A DNA stretch of 64,000 bases, taken from contig OX442314.1 in NCBI GenBank assembly GCA_949358305.1, positions 15,438,001 to 15,502,000 of the forward strand, read 5' to 3'. Below are positions 1 to 12,002 of this stretch, piece by piece (within the stretch, counting starts at the first letter, position 1; each line of letters opens with the position of its first letter). The translations under genes and the position numbers were made by a program. The notes under the pieces are model-generated. The model did not search any database, had not been told where the DNA came from, and saw nothing but the letters and a program-made list of their open reading frames with translations. The DNA is from Strigamia acuminata (Eukaryota).

Positions 1-3000
1 AATTTCAAACCAAGAGCATGACAACTGAATAGTTCTTGTGAGAAGAAAATTAGACAACCATTGGCTTAATCTTAAAATTAGCACATAAACTTAAATCCTG
101 TTCGCGAAATTTTTATTTTCTTATTTTAATTCGTCTTTTACTTTTTAATTTGCAGTAAAATACACGTGAGTGCTGATAAATATATATTTATTTTTTAATA
201 ATATAAAAGTTAGATAACCATAAAAAGTATGAGTAAAAATAGGGAGAGGTCGGAACTGCACACCTGCCTGCGAAATAGTTGGAATTGACGATAAGATGTC
301 GAGAGAGGAAGGAACTTTTCAAATTTACGACTCTTTACTTCTCACCGGTGATAGGCAAAATTGTCCATCGCATACAGCGTGTTTCTTCGCAGGGATAGAC
401 CTCCTGCTGGCACCTTATTGCTTCGGCGCATTGCAATTAAGACACGCAAACCAATTTATAACAAACAACCTTAAAGTTTATTTTTGTTTATTCCGTTATT
501 TCTTCCTTTATGAGGCTCATTCCAAATGTTGTGATTACCTTTGAGTTATAATGGCTGTTAAACAGTCAAATTATACGTTTTACTAATGACAACGTGTCAT
601 AAACTTGACTCTATGCAAGATGAAGGACAATTAAAACAGGGAAAATAAAAAAAAATCTCAAAATAATTCAATCAGCTAAATGGTTTCAATTAACATAAAG
701 CACCACTTATTATTCCGATCAACACATCAGGAAATACAAGCGATAACAAATTATTATATTGAGGAAAAGAGAAAAAAAACATCATCTTACAAATTTTAAA
801 TACACAATTCAAACCTCAATTTGTAACAGCTGCACCACACGGACGCATTCATCTAAAGGGAACATCATTTACATCATACAATTAATACAATTAAAAGCAT
901 TATCCTCACAAGAGAATTATTTAATTTTTTTTTAAACATTTTATTTCGTACGCATAAAACCAAATTATCAAAGTCATCGGTACGAGATAATTATTGTGTT
1001 TAGACTTTTTTTTATTATGCAAGTTATGTCCTTCCTAGATTCGAACACGAAAATTGTGTACCCAAGCCACCGCCCCATCCCTCCCGTTTGAAATTTGGTT
1101 ATTTAATGCAAATCCTTTACAATTATCTTTTTGTATATGAGAAAGAGGTATAGAGAACTCCATCGCCCGTCACTGAATATCAACAACTTAATTAGCTTCG
1201 AGCTGTACAGGAAAGAAAAAATTAAAAACGAAAAAGCGTTTAATGACAAGCAAGTTTCTCTGCTTCTGCCTCTTATTTCGGTGTTGTAATTTGGAGCCTA
1301 ATGAACTTGAATGTCTCGTTTTCTTAATATCAAGAGATGAAAATGAGAAGAGTAGTGCAATAAATAAAACATTATGTTTTTAATAAGGCAAAAATAAGGA
1401 CACGGTACAGGGATTTTCATTATCTCCAATTACAGTACAAGTAAAAAGAAAGTAGGAAAAAAGAAGAAAAAGAAGAAAAAAGTAAGCTTTGGATTTCACA
1501 ATAACAAGAAGAGACCAAACATAAAGAGCAAAACTTTTCTGTTTGTTCATTTACTAGTGTATTAATAACAGTTAAATTTATGTACAAAAGTTGATTGTGC
1601 AAATGAGTTTGTTGTGGAAGCTAATAAAATATGATTTCTATTCACACGCTGCACTTCTCGGGTTACCTAAGGTCACACTATACAATGAGGATGAGCTAAT
1701 TTACGACCTCTGGCAGCCCATCGAGGATCCCAAGGTCCCTTAATGAATTTCGGTGAGGATGGGTTACATGAACCCCTCCTACAACAACTCTGGGTTTTCT
1801 CCGTAAAGGTGCGCTCACTCGATAAAGGTACTTTTCATTTCCTGATCTAATTACACGTGCTCGTAAAATCCAATCAGAGGAATTTGTTAGTTTGTGGGCT
1901 TGACAATTTAACTTAGGAATCTCATGTCGGTGTAGTCAGGTCTTTGCCGCGATCTGATTGCATGTCACTTTCAGTAGCTAAATAATTACTGGCTCCCAGC
2001 ACCCGACCAAAGATGTTGCTTAGGCAACATTGACTTTAATAAAAGTGAAACGCATAAATTATCATTCACCGACCCCTCCCCAACCACCCCATACCCCAAC
2101 CTTATCCCTTTTGCCCCAATTTTCATAGCAGCAAGGCATTGTAGAATCAATTCTTCTTAATCTCCATGGAATTATAAACTTATATCACGCGCATGCAGTA
2201 AACAAACAAACAACACCATGCACGCGTCAGCACTTTCTATCTTCTGACTCATCCTCGACGATCAACAACTGTAAATCAGAGAGAGACCCGCTGAGCATCA
2301 GCAAGAAAAATAGTCATTTCAATAAACTGCATACATGAGCTGCCATCACAGCATAAAGTACACACCCTCTTTTCAAATTACAAGTTCCCGACAAAAAAAA
2401 TAACATATTGGTATATATACTGGAAAGAATATAAAAGAAAACTGCAACTTTTCAAGCCGCAAATTTCTTCCGTTTTTTCTTTACAATGCCATACAGTGGG
2501 TGTTTTATAACCTCATTTTGTTTTCAGCTTGATCAACTCCAGATGGAGTGAGGACATACACAAGCAAGATTTAACACACAGCCCATCTCTTGCAGGAGGA
2601 GACGTTCGTTTCCTTCTGCCTCGCTTGGAGCAAATCTAGTTAGCTTTTTTTTGTTGGTCTGAAAAAACCCATGACTTGCATTGAACATAGAACTTCTCCC
2701 CTTATCATATTATATATTAAGCCATATATAAAATACAACACGCAGTTTGTGGACGAGATATAGCTGATTTACAACTGAGATTGGACCGAGTAAATATTGC
2801 AAAAGCGTACTTGGAGGATAAAAAAAACCTTTGCTATTTATTATTTCAGGGGTAAGCGGGGCCACTCAAAATATGGGAAGGGGGAATGTCCACAATCGTG
2901 TGGGAGAGTCAAGTTAAAAGTGTATGTTGGCAAAAGCAGATATTGAAAATTTTATAACCGCCATAAAAAATAGCCATATAGTCTACATGAACCAGCACAT

Positions 3001-4615
3001 ATAAACCAAAAAAGTAATCACCTAAGTCCACGCTACAAATACAATTTTTTTTTATATCATAAAAAATGATTTTTTTCTTTTTTTTTAAATAAGAATTTTA
3101 CAAAGTGTACTTTAGCTAATGTTAACTTTCTGAAGTTAGTTAGTTGGCTAAAGTGACGGGCTTAATGAAATTCAAGCTAGGTCATAAAATAATCTTTCAA
3201 TGAGCCTTACACTAATGCTCACCCCACCAGTTAATGGCTTAATTAAAGAAATTCCCACTTCAAAAAAAAATTACTTTTTGTCAACGTGTAAGTGTCATGT
3301 AATACTTCTCGCTTTCTGTTTACAAAAGAAAAAAAAATTGAGAAAAGTTCAAAAAAATGAAGGAAAAAAAATGTGGTCCACGGTTATGTGATAGTGATTG
3401 AAGGGGTGTGTGCAATAGTGGCCAAATCTCCTACAACACATTGTGAAATGGTGCAGAAAGGAAAAAAAAGGAAGGCAACTCTACATTTTTCTTTCACATG
3501 CATCTTGTGGGAATTCACACACAAAGCAATCATGGGTTGGTGCGGTAGGCAATAGTATGCAAATTGCATTGCTATGGCATGGTGATTTACAACATGGCTA
3601 TAAAACAGTTGCAACACAAAAACTGACCACTGCTGTCACCACCCACCATCTCAAGCAAGCAACGTTGAGAAATGGATCCCATTTCCCCCAACATGCCATT
3701 TGACGAATCAATTTTCAAAAACTACATTAACACTACATGTGTTAGATGTGCATAAGGCAAAAGCGGCACGGTAAAATCCATGTAGAAAATATGGGAATAT
3801 AAAAGGGGAAAATGGCAGAAAAGATTAAAGGGTGTTAAAAAAATGGAAAGAGAAAAAGCCACGCCATAAATGTTTAAAAGTTATTTGCTTTTAACGTGAG
3901 GGTAGAAGAGTAAAGAATTTTTTTCAGGTGTGTTAAAGATAAATCAACTTTGTTGATGTCTTAAATCATTATTGATAGAAGACTAACGCAGTAAAAAGTG
4001 ATACTTACTGTTTGTGTTTTGTATGTGAAATAATAAACAAGACTGATCAAATGTGTGCCTGTAGGAAAATATCAGAGTTATACCTATAAATCAAGTGTGT
4101 GAATCGTTATTTGTCATGTGCAGATTTATTTATGACCTATCCGATAAGAATGCAGGGCACCTGTATGTCTGTGTTACACTGTTACACCCGACGTAAAGAG
4201 TTTTATGAAGAGTAAGAATAATATTTATTACGGGAGCGTAAACATTAGAAAAGAATACCTGCTCAAAGAAATCGGAAAGGCCAATTAAAATTTTACTTTA
4301 AGTTTTTGTTGTTGTTACGAAATGAGTTTGATCAAAATTTGGTACGTGTTTCCTTGGTTCTACAAAAAAATTAAAAAATAACAGATCAAATACGAAAGTT
4401 CGGAAATAAGTCTGAGAAGTTACTCACGAATCAGACTTTTTACAATTTTTAATTAACTAGAAGAAAATGAGAAATTGTTACACAACTGGAGAATGCTCAA
4501 TTTCCTTCAAATTAGTTTTGTAATTTCACTAAGAAAAGACAGGTATTTAAACTTTAATACAGCACCAACTTTCGACATTTCGATTTTAGTTTAGACTCGG
4601 TAGAAAGACAATTCT

Positions 4616-4629
4616 GGCGCCATCTAGTG
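4616..4629 (-). promoter_or_regulatory. CTCF-like binding motif
   Basis: Minus strand reads CACTAGATGGCGCC, a close match to the CTCF core consensus; lies just left of the gene cluster. Confidence 0.5.
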
Positions 4630-4980
4630 CAAAAGAATGTAAGTACTGGTAGTTCGTATAAGACGTCTTCAACCGAATTCAGTTAATTGCTCCATTTTTA
4701 AACTATCCCTATTGTCATGTGTAAAACCCGAAATATTTTATTAGTGTAATCTTGTGTCATTTGTATTTCGCAACACGGGAGGGTTGGCGATTCATTAGAT
4801 TTTTCAACCCATCACATCACTATGACCAGAACAAGATGAACGTCTTGTGTTCGTTCGTCCAATACTATTAGCAAATATACATATGACGTTATAGTTTGGT
4901 TATGGCGGTTATATAACACGTGTTTTAGTCTGGTCGTTCGGCTAGTTCTGTTGAACAGTTTCACAATTTAAGTCATCCTC

Positions 4981-5322
4981 TCACCGAGTTCTTTTGAAAT
5001 AATTACATGGTTCAGATGCCTGCGTCATTACTTGACCACTTTTAGGGGAAGAAAATTTCCATGTTCATTACGGGGTGACTGCTTAAGTATTCAAAATCAA
5101 GTCCTACGAAAGTTCTTCGAAAGAAATATAAACGGAAGTCTCCAACGATGAAATCAAGGGTGAAAAAAATAATTACATCACATGCGATCTGAAAATTTAT
5201 CATATCGTATTAATAAGATTACCAATGCTTAAGCAATCACCTCTTAGTGAACATGGAAGTTGTCAAGTAATGACGCAGACATCAGAACTATGTAATTATT
5301 ACATAAAAGAAGAGATCGGTGA
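4981..5322. mobile_element. Old degenerate MITE-like inverted repeat
   Basis: Arms ~4981-5092 and ~5224-5322 are imperfect reverse complements (AATAATTACATGGTTCAGATGCCTGCGTCATTACTTGAC vs GTCAAGTAATGACGCAGACATCAGAACTATGTAATTATT; CCATGTTCA..GGTGACTGCTTAAG vs CTTAAGCAATCACC..TGAACATGG). No clear TSD. Confidence 0.65.
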
Positions 5323-5696
5323 AAGAAATTCAAACGAAAAAAATTCATACCGTAAATATGTGAACTTGTGTAACATATTTCGATAGAAAGTTAACTTAGA
5401 AGTTTAAAAGAGGGCTATATTTTTGCTGGGATACCTTAAACCCGCTAAAATAAGTTGATCAAAAATATTTTTTAAAAATTTAAAAATTAAAATCGGGTAT
5501 GTATACTAATTTTTCTTGACCGAATTGGTTTCAAGAGTAACTTTACAGACATTGGCTGAAATTGGTGCAGACTTCACGGCTGATCATGTCTGAAATAATG
5601 GCAATTTGTGGTCATTGTGGATAAAAATTAAATAAATACATTTAATTCCTTGATTAAACTAAAAAAAAAACTATTTCATTGATTTTTTTTTTTATT

Positions 5697-7177
5697 CTAT
5701 ATGTTACTAGGATCCATTTTCACAATATCATTTGGATTAAGATCACTTCTGAGAATAATGCCTTTCTGTTTATTGACATCAAGTTCTTCTATATATCCAA
5801 ACCAATAAATTACCATCCCAGATCCAAATCTACAAAAAATTACAGCAATATAAGTAAAAAAGACCAATCTATGTGAAACAATTTTACCTGTTCCAATAAC
5901 TCCAAAATTGATCTTTTAAATAAGTTTGATGATTTTCTTCATCACCAAATGATGCCTTACTTTCTATCCAATTAACAATAAAACCATCGACAGCTAAATT
6001 GCAGAGGTTGATCGTTTATAAACAATTATTTCATCATAATAAATTAATACTCATTTACCAAATGGCACTTCCATTTTAAAATCAGGAGTTTTATCGTAAC
6101 CTTTATCACGCATATGAATTTCTTCTGAAATTTGCATAAAATAATATCGACAAAAATTCACACACTATGAAATTAATAACTATTTACCAATAAAAGCTAA
6201 TCCTTGATTTTGTAAAATTGTCCGCAGTTTGCATTCGTATTCGTGGCCAAACGAGCTTGACGAATCACAAAAATTAAATTTGTATCAAATACAAAACGGA
6301 ACAATTAAAATAGCAATGATCATACACTTACTACTTGATGATGTCTGCATAGGGTCCGTAATTGTCATCTTGTAATATACACTGTTTCACAAAATTCGAA
6401 GCATTAAACAAGTTTGTATAAATTACAGCGAATAAAACCTACCAAATAAACTTCGAAAGCAAGATTTTTATCCTTTATTAAAGAAGTATCTTTCATTAAT
6501 TTGGATATTTGTTGTTTCATCGATTCCGTCGTTTGATTTGTATTTATTAAATACTGTTCTAAGATTGCACGCGCTAACAACCACGGTGACAGATCTATCT
6601 AAATGTAAACAACATTAATAAGATTTAATTGGTACTTTCGTCAATTTTAAGATTACTTCTTCAGCGAAACGTAAAATTATTCCAGGCTGAGATTTGTTAT
6701 TTACATCTTTTATGTATCTGTTTGGAGAAAAAGAAATGTCAATTAATATTTCACAAAAATTGAACTATCTCTTTAATAAAAACTTCGCATACAGCCCGCA
6801 ACAAGACGGATTTACCATCTCTTTAGGGTTTATAGCAGTTTAGTGTGTACTTATTTACTTATTGTAATATATCCGAGATATGTCAGAAGAACAGTGCTTC
6901 TGATAATGCCTTTTTGTTTTTCTCTGATATTCTTGTCCATAAATGCTTCCTAAAGTTCTAGGAGAAATACTAGAAAAAAATATAAAATAAAAATGACAAT
7001 TAAAATAAATATTATTTTATTTTACATTTATTAATTTACATACTGTGGAAATCGTTCGGACAATATTTGTGTTGTGTCTATAGGATTGATTGGCAATGTT
7101 TGTATTTCGTCTATTATTTCGTTGTAAGATACATATTTTAGCGTTTCCCAAATTTTTCTTCCGCTCTGAGACGCCAT
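5697..7177 (-). CDS. CDIN1: CDAN1-interacting nuclease 1 (C15orf41 family, PD-(D/E)XK nuclease), 9 exons, ~294 aa
   Basis: Manually spliced with GT-AG introns; exons 7177-7044, 6969-6859, 6717-6657, 6598-6443, 6381-6332, 6255-6188, 6124-6059, 5993-5888, 5829-5697 (885 nt, in frame). Translation includes [68 protein letters not shown] and [20 protein letters not shown], which closely match human C15orf41. The ORF track misses it because the exons are short. Confidence 0.95.
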
Positions 7178-7692
7178 TTTGCAACAATTCAAAACTTCTA
7201 CTAACGAACGACAGACGGCAATACTCGATCATGCCATTATTTACGAGATAATTTAGAAATGTCAATCACTGACCGGTTGGACCTAATAAAACACTTTGTA
7301 ATTTTAAACTTTGTGAAATTGCTTTCCTCTTCCTCGACGTTTTGATTAATTAATCTAAAGTTCCTAAAAATTTTCATTGCCGGTCCTTTTAAAATACTCT
7401 CGATTCCATGCAGCAAAGCACGCATATTGCAATAAACAAAAGAATTGTATTTTTGTTTCAAAGTTTTTTGTATTTAAAATTAAATTTTTATAATTTAAAT
7501 TTTAATTAGATGAAAGAAAAAAAGAAACTAAGAATGTAAAATGTTATTGATGAAAATGTTAGTCCATTTAATGGAGTCGAGAGTAGGTTAGAGAGTATAT
7601 TTTTTAAAACGGCATTCAAAATCTCAAAATCAAGTTATAGGGTATATTGTTTCCATAAACTGTAATTGGGGACTGAGGTCCAATTAATCAAA
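7178..7692. promoter_or_regulatory. Probable bidirectional promoter shared by CDIN1 and the ETAA1-like gene
   Basis: Divergent start codons ~515 bp apart. Confidence 0.6.
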
Positions 7693-9849
7693 ATGTCAAA
7701 AGTCATGTCAATTGGTCAAACTTTTAAAATGACGAAGTGCCTTCAAATAAGGAAAGGAAAACCGAATAGTGGGAAGCAAAACGTAAAGCTAAGAACACGA
7801 GGAGAACCCAGTCGTATACTTCAGAGTAAGTTGAATAATATTGAATTATAGTATAGTAACTAAAGAACTATAGAAACTAACTTTAAAACCGAGTATTAAT
7901 TTTTTCGTTGTTTTTCAGTGCCAGAGACACCCAAACCTAAAGGCAAATTACTAAGCGGTCAGTTTCTAAGTGCCGGCAGAAGTAAACGAAAGTCACCGGA
8001 CACGACACCTGAAATTAAGAAATCTATACTTGTATTTTCGCCAAAACTTAATCAGTCGCCCCGTAATGATATAACATGGAAGGTGTCTTCTCCCATAAGC
8101 GTCCAATTAATGACTCAGTCAACTGAACCAGATAAATATGTCCCAGATCGTGTTGTAAAGGTAAGCAAATCAATTCATGTCCACATAAAGTTGTAGTAAA
8201 TTTAATTCATTCATATTAATGTTTCCAGACTCCAACTGAGAGAAAAAGCAAGTCCTTAATTAATGTTTGGAAAACTAAAAAGCAAATTGAAAACCAGAAT
8301 GGCGCTGATGATACGAATAATGCAAAGTACAGTATAGAATAAAATAATACGAATTTTCAATAATGTTAAAAAGATATAATCGTTTTACTTTCAGTTCTTT
8401 CAAAAGACCGAGGCTCGAAAATGATGAAAGATGCAGTAAGATGGCACTTTCTCAGATAATAAAAAAACCAGGTTAGATTTCACATATAAAAAATAAATGA
8501 GAGACGTATTTTCAGACATTAATTTTTTTTATCTCAAGTTTCAGGTTTTAATTCTCGCCGAAAGCCAGATTTTACTATCTTTGATGATAACGAGTGGCCA
8601 GACGAAGATGAATTTCAAAATCCGGATTTTCTCCAAGCAACTCAAGAAATGGAGGACATTTCGCTCGCTGCAAAAAAACACACCGTTCTTGATGCACCAC
8701 AGCCTACACCTCCATTGGGAAATTTATTAACCGCTGCTGTGGTTAAGTGTCCAAGTGTGAAAAGAAACCAGACTGTTCAAAGACAATGTTCCAGTTATAT
8801 TGCACCAAAATCTGCTCAAGGTGCTGTTCCGTCTAAATCGTTATCGGAGAGAACAGTAATCGCCCCAAATGCTGTCTGTGAAATCATGAAACCAAGCCAG
8901 CTAGTTAAAAAGTCGACTTTAAATGGAACAACGAACTTCACTGAAATTCGTAGAAAATCTCAGCATTGTACCCAGCCGGTGAAATGTGCTCCCTTGCCAA
9001 ATCCAAGCAACTCGGTGTCGGACGGGAAGAATTTAGTGGCTCAACATCAACCAAAGCCTAAAGATAATTTCCTATTTGAAGATTTAAATGTTTTTGACGA
9101 ATCGTTTGATAAGTTAGTGATGGAAAATTTAGATTCCCTCGGAGGTAATGGTTCTGAAGATTGTAATACGGTCCCAGATCAACTTGGACACACGTCCGCA
9201 GTATCCGGTAAACCAGCAACTGCAAAGTGCAACAAAGTGCAATTTGTTAATGTTGGAGAAAAAGGAGAACAAAAGGAACGTGTTGGCAAAACTCAGCCAA
9301 CTAAAAGTAGTGCAACCACACGGAATAAGGTTGAAGGAAATTTCGATAGTAAACAAAAAGTTTCATTGTCGAATAAACCAACAGCAGCAGCAGCAAAAGG
9401 GAAAGCAAAATTGGCCGAGACTAAATTTACAAACATTAGGCCAAAAGAAAACGCTTTGATACCGAAGATAAAAACGTCCAACAAGGATGTTCCTAGCCGT
9501 AACATTACTAAGTGCACATCGGACAAGAGACTAAATACGAATTGTTCTTTAGACGCAAATCGTATTAACTGTTCAGCAGCTGGTTCGCTTTGGCCAGACG
9601 ATGACGATGACGATCTTTTCTTCAACAGTCCTCAAGTGCTTGCAGAATTTCAGAAATTTGATGGTTTGTTAGTTAAATAATTTTAAAAATACATCGTACC
9701 GGTATATATATTTTTTCTATAATAAAGTTTAAATTTAAATTCATTCAGCAGTAGCAATTTCCAAAGATGAAGAAATTCGTAGGAAACATGAAGCAGCGGA
9801 ATTAAGAAGACAAAAGAAGATAGCCAGCCGCTTGATGATTCCAAGATAG
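7693..9849 (+). CDS. ETAA1: ETAA1-like protein (putative ATR activator / RPA-binding), 6 exons, ~589 aa
   Basis: Exons 7693-7825, 7919-8160, 8229-8326, 8395-8471, 8545-9663, 9749-9849 join in frame; the start could instead be ATG 7705 or 7729. Motifs occur in ETAA1 order: ETPK...SPRNDITWKVSSP (cf. human ETPKR...NDIFWDQNSP), acidic DDNEWPDEDEF..DFLQATQ, WPDDDDDDLFF (cf. WEADDVDDDLLY) and C-terminal EEIRRKHEAAELRR (cf. EEIQRKRQEALVRR). The rest is low-complexity S/K/N-rich sequence. Confidence 0.7.
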
Positions 9850-10067
9850 TAATTAAATTGTTCCAATTTTTATTAAATATGTAACCACGTACAATGTGGC
9901 ACAAAGGTAGTGCAAGTGGACAATTAAAACGAAAAATTTCGGCATTCTCCTTTACATTAACAATTGCTTTTTGATAGGTTTTGTCCACAAACTGAAACAT
10001 GCTTTCAAAACAAAAGAAACTCTTGACTGGCTCAAAATAACTCCTGGCTATTTGAATATTTTTTTTC

Positions 10068-11148
10068 TCATTCTAAGTCGTCTTCAACCAAATTACTTGT
10101 ACTGTTTGCAATTCTCTAAAAATGAAAAGGATTTTTTTGAGTAAAAAAAAACATGGTAAGTTAACAAATCACCGTTCCCACTCACTACATAAAGAAATCG
10201 TAACAACTAAAATGAAATAAAGCGAGAATTTAATTCATTCGAAAAATGTACAGGTATGAGAAACAGTTAGAAGAGGGAAATTTCCTTCATGGTTGTTCGA
10301 AATTTTCCCTTGCACGCCGCAAGCCTTGACTCATGCACGGAAGACGTCCGGAAATGTTCCCTCTTATTTTCCAATATTTAAAGTAAATTTGCAAAATTTC
10401 ACTTTATACAAGAAATCTCTAGCGAGTGAGAACTTTGGTTATATTTAATTACGATAACTTCACTCCCAATTATACCTGACTGACGATGGGCAATCGTTGA
10501 AGCAACATGTGAAAAACTTGAGGAGGCAACGTTTGTTGAAGCACCTGGAGAAGTTGCTGCGGTTGTCCGCATAGTGCTACAGCATTACTTAAATGTTCGA
10601 CGCCGTTCTCCAAATCATCTGCAAGAAATAATAATTACATTTCAGTTTCATCCATTAAGTTAAGTAGTAAAGATACCTTGAGCAAGCAACTCTTCTCCCA
10701 ACTGAATTTCCTGTAAGAAAAAGCGCTGGACAGCCTCGTGATCCTTTAAATCTGGAATCTACAACGGGGGGATATTAGTATTTAAAACAACCGTATGTTA
10801 ATTTCAAATCCAACCTGGCTTGTTTTTTTGGTTTCTTGATGCCTCTTAGCGTTAGCTCGTCCTAAAATCATAAAAATGCATTTTTAATTACAATCCAGCT
10901 ATAAATTGTCTAAAATATAATTCTTTTGAACTCAGGCTTGTGTTTACAAACGAGTGCTGCGAGTGCAGATTCAAAAAGTAACCGATTTTAGTCTAAGCCT
11001 AAGTGTTCGACTTACGTTCTCTTAATTTCTGTTTGAAGAGAGGATCGGTCCTTCGCTTCCTATCGAAATATATGCAATATCCGATGAAAATAGTGCCACA
11101 GATACCTGCTGCAATACCCAAAGCTGTTTTTGACATCATAACAGCCAT
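10068..11148 (-). CDS. Tom20: Mitochondrial import receptor subunit Tom20, 5 exons, 150 aa
   Basis: Exons 11148-11016, 10861-10815, 10758-10677, 10618-10476, 10115-10068 (453 nt). Motifs GIAAGICGTIFIGYCIYFDRKRR, IPDLKDHEAVQRFFLQEIQLGEELLAQ, NAVALCGQPQQLLQVLQQTLPPQVF and C-terminal VEDDLE. Confidence 0.97.
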
Positions 11149-12002
11149 AATTTGGTCGGCAGACAGCTGAACAGGACGATTACAGCCGACACGGAAAGCA
11201 TGCAGGCGGGCCCAAGCGGCACTCAAACTGTCGCAGTTTCGCAGTAAAAGGAACGACATTATCCTATTGGTTTAAATTTTTGTTAAGCTTGAAGGGAAGC
11301 ATGCGGGAACTCTAGATTTTGTCATCAATTATGGGAGCAAATAAGTTTCCATATTTTTGAAATTATAAAAAAATATTTAAAAAAAATTTTAAAGTTACGT
11401 TCCGTAACTAACGATCATGACCGCGCATATAGTGTGAAGAATGTGATAGCAGACGGTTTCTAGTAGCAACGAATGTGAACTGTGGCGTCGTGCCGGTAGG
11501 ACATTCAAATATTTAAAAGTATTGTAAAACAACGTGATTTGGTAGAAAATGATGATTTAAAATGAAAATACGTGTTTTATTCCGTGAACATCTTCGGACC
11601 AATGTAAGGTAAATCATCTTTCACTTCTTTTTATTTATTGTTTCTTATAAATTTGAAACTTTGGAATATGTTATCCTGTTTTGCAAAACGAATTACTACC
11701 TAGTCTTATTTTGTGGTTTAATGGCGGAAAGATAGAATTCAATAAAAACTTTTGGGGGTCGTGACGCCATAGCTCAAGTTTTGAAAACTTTTCACAAATA
11801 AATCTGGATGTTTAAAAAAAAAAAGTTTATTGTCATTCTCATTGGCTAATGAAATGTTTCCGTAGTGTGTTTTGAAAGAAATGTTTACGTTTCTGATGCG
11901 TTACTGACTTCTGGGTGTAACGTCTTCCTTATGTTGATGTCTAATTTATGTATATAAGCAGTAAGCAACACTCACTGCTTCATCATTAACTATTCAAATA
12001 GA
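11149..12002. promoter_or_regulatory. Divergent promoter region Tom20 / HDAC1-like
   Basis: Divergent starts ~850 bp apart; ATTGG (CCAAT) near 11266 and 11841; TATATAAG at 11951-11958, ~50 bp before the HDAC ATG. Confidence 0.5.

Noticed and set aside
7017..7461. ORF-track ORFs 7017-7265 and 7237-7461 as a gene
   Set aside because: The real CDIN1 first exon is in a different frame (ATG 7177); these ORFs are incidental.
11149..11259. In-frame N-terminal extension of Tom20 from ATG 11259
   Set aside because: Tom20 normally starts just before its N-terminal TM anchor; the upstream ATG lies in the likely promoter and has no supporting similarity.
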